Shown piece after piece: positions 62,009 through 64,000 of a stretch of DNA of 64,000 nucleotides (within the stretch, counting starts at the first letter, position 1; every line of letters begins with the position of its first letter). Both the position numbers and the translations under genes were made by a program. The stretch covers positions 4,128,001 through 4,192,000 of the forward strand of contig CAVWLP010000002.1 of assembly GCA_963755915.1 (NCBI GenBank). Direction: 5' to 3'. The stretch is from an uncultured Phycisphaerales bacterium (GTDB lineage: Bacteria; Planctomycetota; Phycisphaerae; Tepidisphaerales; Tepidisphaeraceae). The notes below the pieces were generated by a model. The model did not search any database. It had not been told where the DNA came from and saw only the letters and a list, made by a program, of their open reading frames with translations.

Positions 62009-64000
62009 TCACAGCATCGCCACCGGATCCACATCGACCGCCACGGCTTCCGCTTTGCCGAATCCCCCCGCCGCCCGGACGGCCGCCAGGACCGCCTGCA
62101 GCGGCTCGGGACGCTGGCTTTGCAGCAAAATCTGATGACGATAAAACCCGGCAATCCGTCCGATCACGCACGGATTTGGACCGCGCATCGTGACCGCGGA
62201 ATTTTGCGCAATCGCAGCGGTAATCTTCTCGGCCAGCTCCTGCCCGATCTTGTGCAGCTCATTAACGTCCTGATGCCGCAGGATTATCCGCGCCATCCGC
62301 GAATGGGGCGGCAAACCGACCTCCTTGCGGCCCGCAAGTTCATCGCGCGCAAAAGCCGCGTAATCCTGCCGAAGCGCCGTTCGGATCGTCGGATCGTCCG
62401 GCAGAAATGTCTGCACGACCACCCGCCCCGCCGCATCTCCCCTGCCGGCCCGGCCGGCCACCTGCGTGATGAGCTGAAACGTCCGCTCCGCCGCACGGAA
62501 ATCCGGCAGCGCCAGCGCCGTGTCCCCGCTGATCACGCCTACCAGCGTCACGTTCGGAAAATCCAGCCCCTTGGCGATCATCTGCGTCCCCAAAATCACG
62601 TTCAGCTCGCCGCGCGCGAATCGGCTCAGCGTGGCTTCGTAATCCTTGAACGTCCGCATCGAATCGCTGTCCACCCGCGCGAATTTGATCTCCGGCATCT
62701 TCCGCGCCAGCTCCTCTTCCACCCGCTGCGTCCCCAGCCCAAATAAGCTCAGCTTTTTCCCGCAAATCGGACACTGATCCGGCAGCACCTGCGTCGCCAG
62801 GCAGTAGTGGCACAGCATCTGCCCCGTGTGAACCGCCTTCGCGCTCGCGGCCGAGCCAACGTGCTGGTCGACCGAGCGGTGATACGTCATCGTCGTGTCG
62901 CAATATTTGCACTTGATCGGCTCCCCGCACGAGGAGCAGAAGACGAAATTCGAATACCCCCGGCGATTCAGCAGCAAAATCGCCTGCCGCCCGGCGGAGA
63001 TGGTCGTCTGCAGCAGATGTTCCAGCCGCTGCGAAATCAGGTGTACGCCCCGGCGCATTTTGCGCTCGCGGTGCATGTCCACTAACTCCGTCGCCGCCAG
63101 GGCCAGCCCGCGCACCCGGTTCGGCAACGAAAGATAATGATTTCGACCGCCCACGGCTTCGTGCTCCCCACGATTCTCCCCATGACAAAGCCGGTAAATC
63201 TCCAGCGACGGCGTAGCGCTGCCCAGCACAATTGGCACATTTTCAATCTGCGCCGCTTGATCGCCACGTCGCGCGCGTGATAGCGCGGCGCGAGCTCCTG
63301 CTTATAGCTTGAATCATGCTCCTCATCGACAACGATCACGCCGAGCTTTTGCATCGGGGCAAACACCGCCGACCGCGCCCCCACCACCACATCCGCCCCG
63401 CCGTCGCTGATCTGCTGCCAATATCGATGCCGCTCCGTCGCCGTCAGCCCGCTGTGCAGCACCGCCACGTGCTTGAACCTCGCCTTAAACCGCAAAACCG
63501 TCTGCGGCGTCAGCGCGATCTCCGGAACCAGCACCAGGGCCCGCCTGCCCGATTTAATCACCTCGGCGATGAGCTGAAGATAAACCTCAGTCTTCCCGCT
63601 TCCCGTCACCCCATGCAGCAGATTAACGCTGAACCCCCCCGCCGCCACGCGCGGCGAAAGCTCTTCGAAAACCTTCCGCTGATCCTCGTTCAGCTCGATT
63701 TGCTTCTCATCCGCCGCCCCTTCGGCAATGCCGCCGGTCATCTTCGGCAAATCGATTTCCGACTTGATCGTTACGATCCCCAGCCCCACCAGTTTCCGCA
63801 CCGTCGGCGCTTTCACGCCCGCTTCCCCGGCCAGGCGATTCAGCTCGATCCCCTTCCCCTTTTCCACCTGCAGCATCCGCGCCATCACCGCCCGCCGCTT
63901 GCGTGATCGCGTCTTCTCCAAAATCTCCTGGATCTTCTCCGGCTCCTGCGCCAGCCGGACGATCGAGCTGTATCCGATGCCGATCTTCTTCTTCACCGCC
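62009..64000 (-). CDS. priA: Primosomal protein N' (frameshift ~63250; 5' part outside window)
   Basis: GVTGSGKTEVY, PEIALTPQ, VDEEH, LGSATPS, LNRRGY, Cys clusters, GTQMIAKGLDFP, QVAGRAGR. Confidence 0.95.

Noticed and set aside
5629-64000. Frameshifts in HAD, tsaD, ftsK, PEP-CTERM, GH2, GH31, leuS, moaD and priA as programmed recoding or pseudogenisation
   Set aside because: They hit essential genes and often lie at homopolymer or GC runs; long-read indel errors are the simplest explanation.
1-64000. tRNA, rRNA, tmRNA genes or CRISPR arrays
   Set aside because: No recognisable signatures found by eye; a covariance-model search was not possible.

Overview
GC-rich chromosomal window, most likely from a planctomycete of class Phycisphaerae (Tepidisphaerales-like). 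The assignment rests on DUF1559/H-X9-DG prepilin-like genes, PEP-CTERM proteins with dockerin-like modules, an LEDRLLL planctomycete motif and a stand-alone CoaB. Many conserved genes (tsaD, ftsK, leuS, priA, GH31, GH2) carry single-base frameshifts, probably sequencing indels. Layout: (i) housekeeping genes at 1-21 kb, with an intact IS4-family element; (ii) a ~26 kb LacI-controlled xyloglucan-type utilisation locus at 21.5-47.3 kb, with 2x GH74, GH2, GH31, 2x prepilin-like DUF1559, 2x PEP-CTERM and a flavin-dependent halogenase, and no SusC/D or other transporter; (iii) an MBL hydrolase, a CYTH cyclase, leuS, PilZ and a GNAT gene split by an IS5; (iv) the most striking feature, a 28-bp XerCD dif-like site (54063-54090) followed 5 bp later by a tandem stack of two related cargo-carrying IS1-like transposons. 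The first is complete, with 26-bp IRs and an 8-bp target duplication. The second is decayed and internally deleted. Both share the layout transposase / RHH regulator / variable membrane cargo / small basic protein. (v) GT2, a VOC-beta-propeller-MoaD operon and priA. All calls are from visual motif recognition; no database searches were run.
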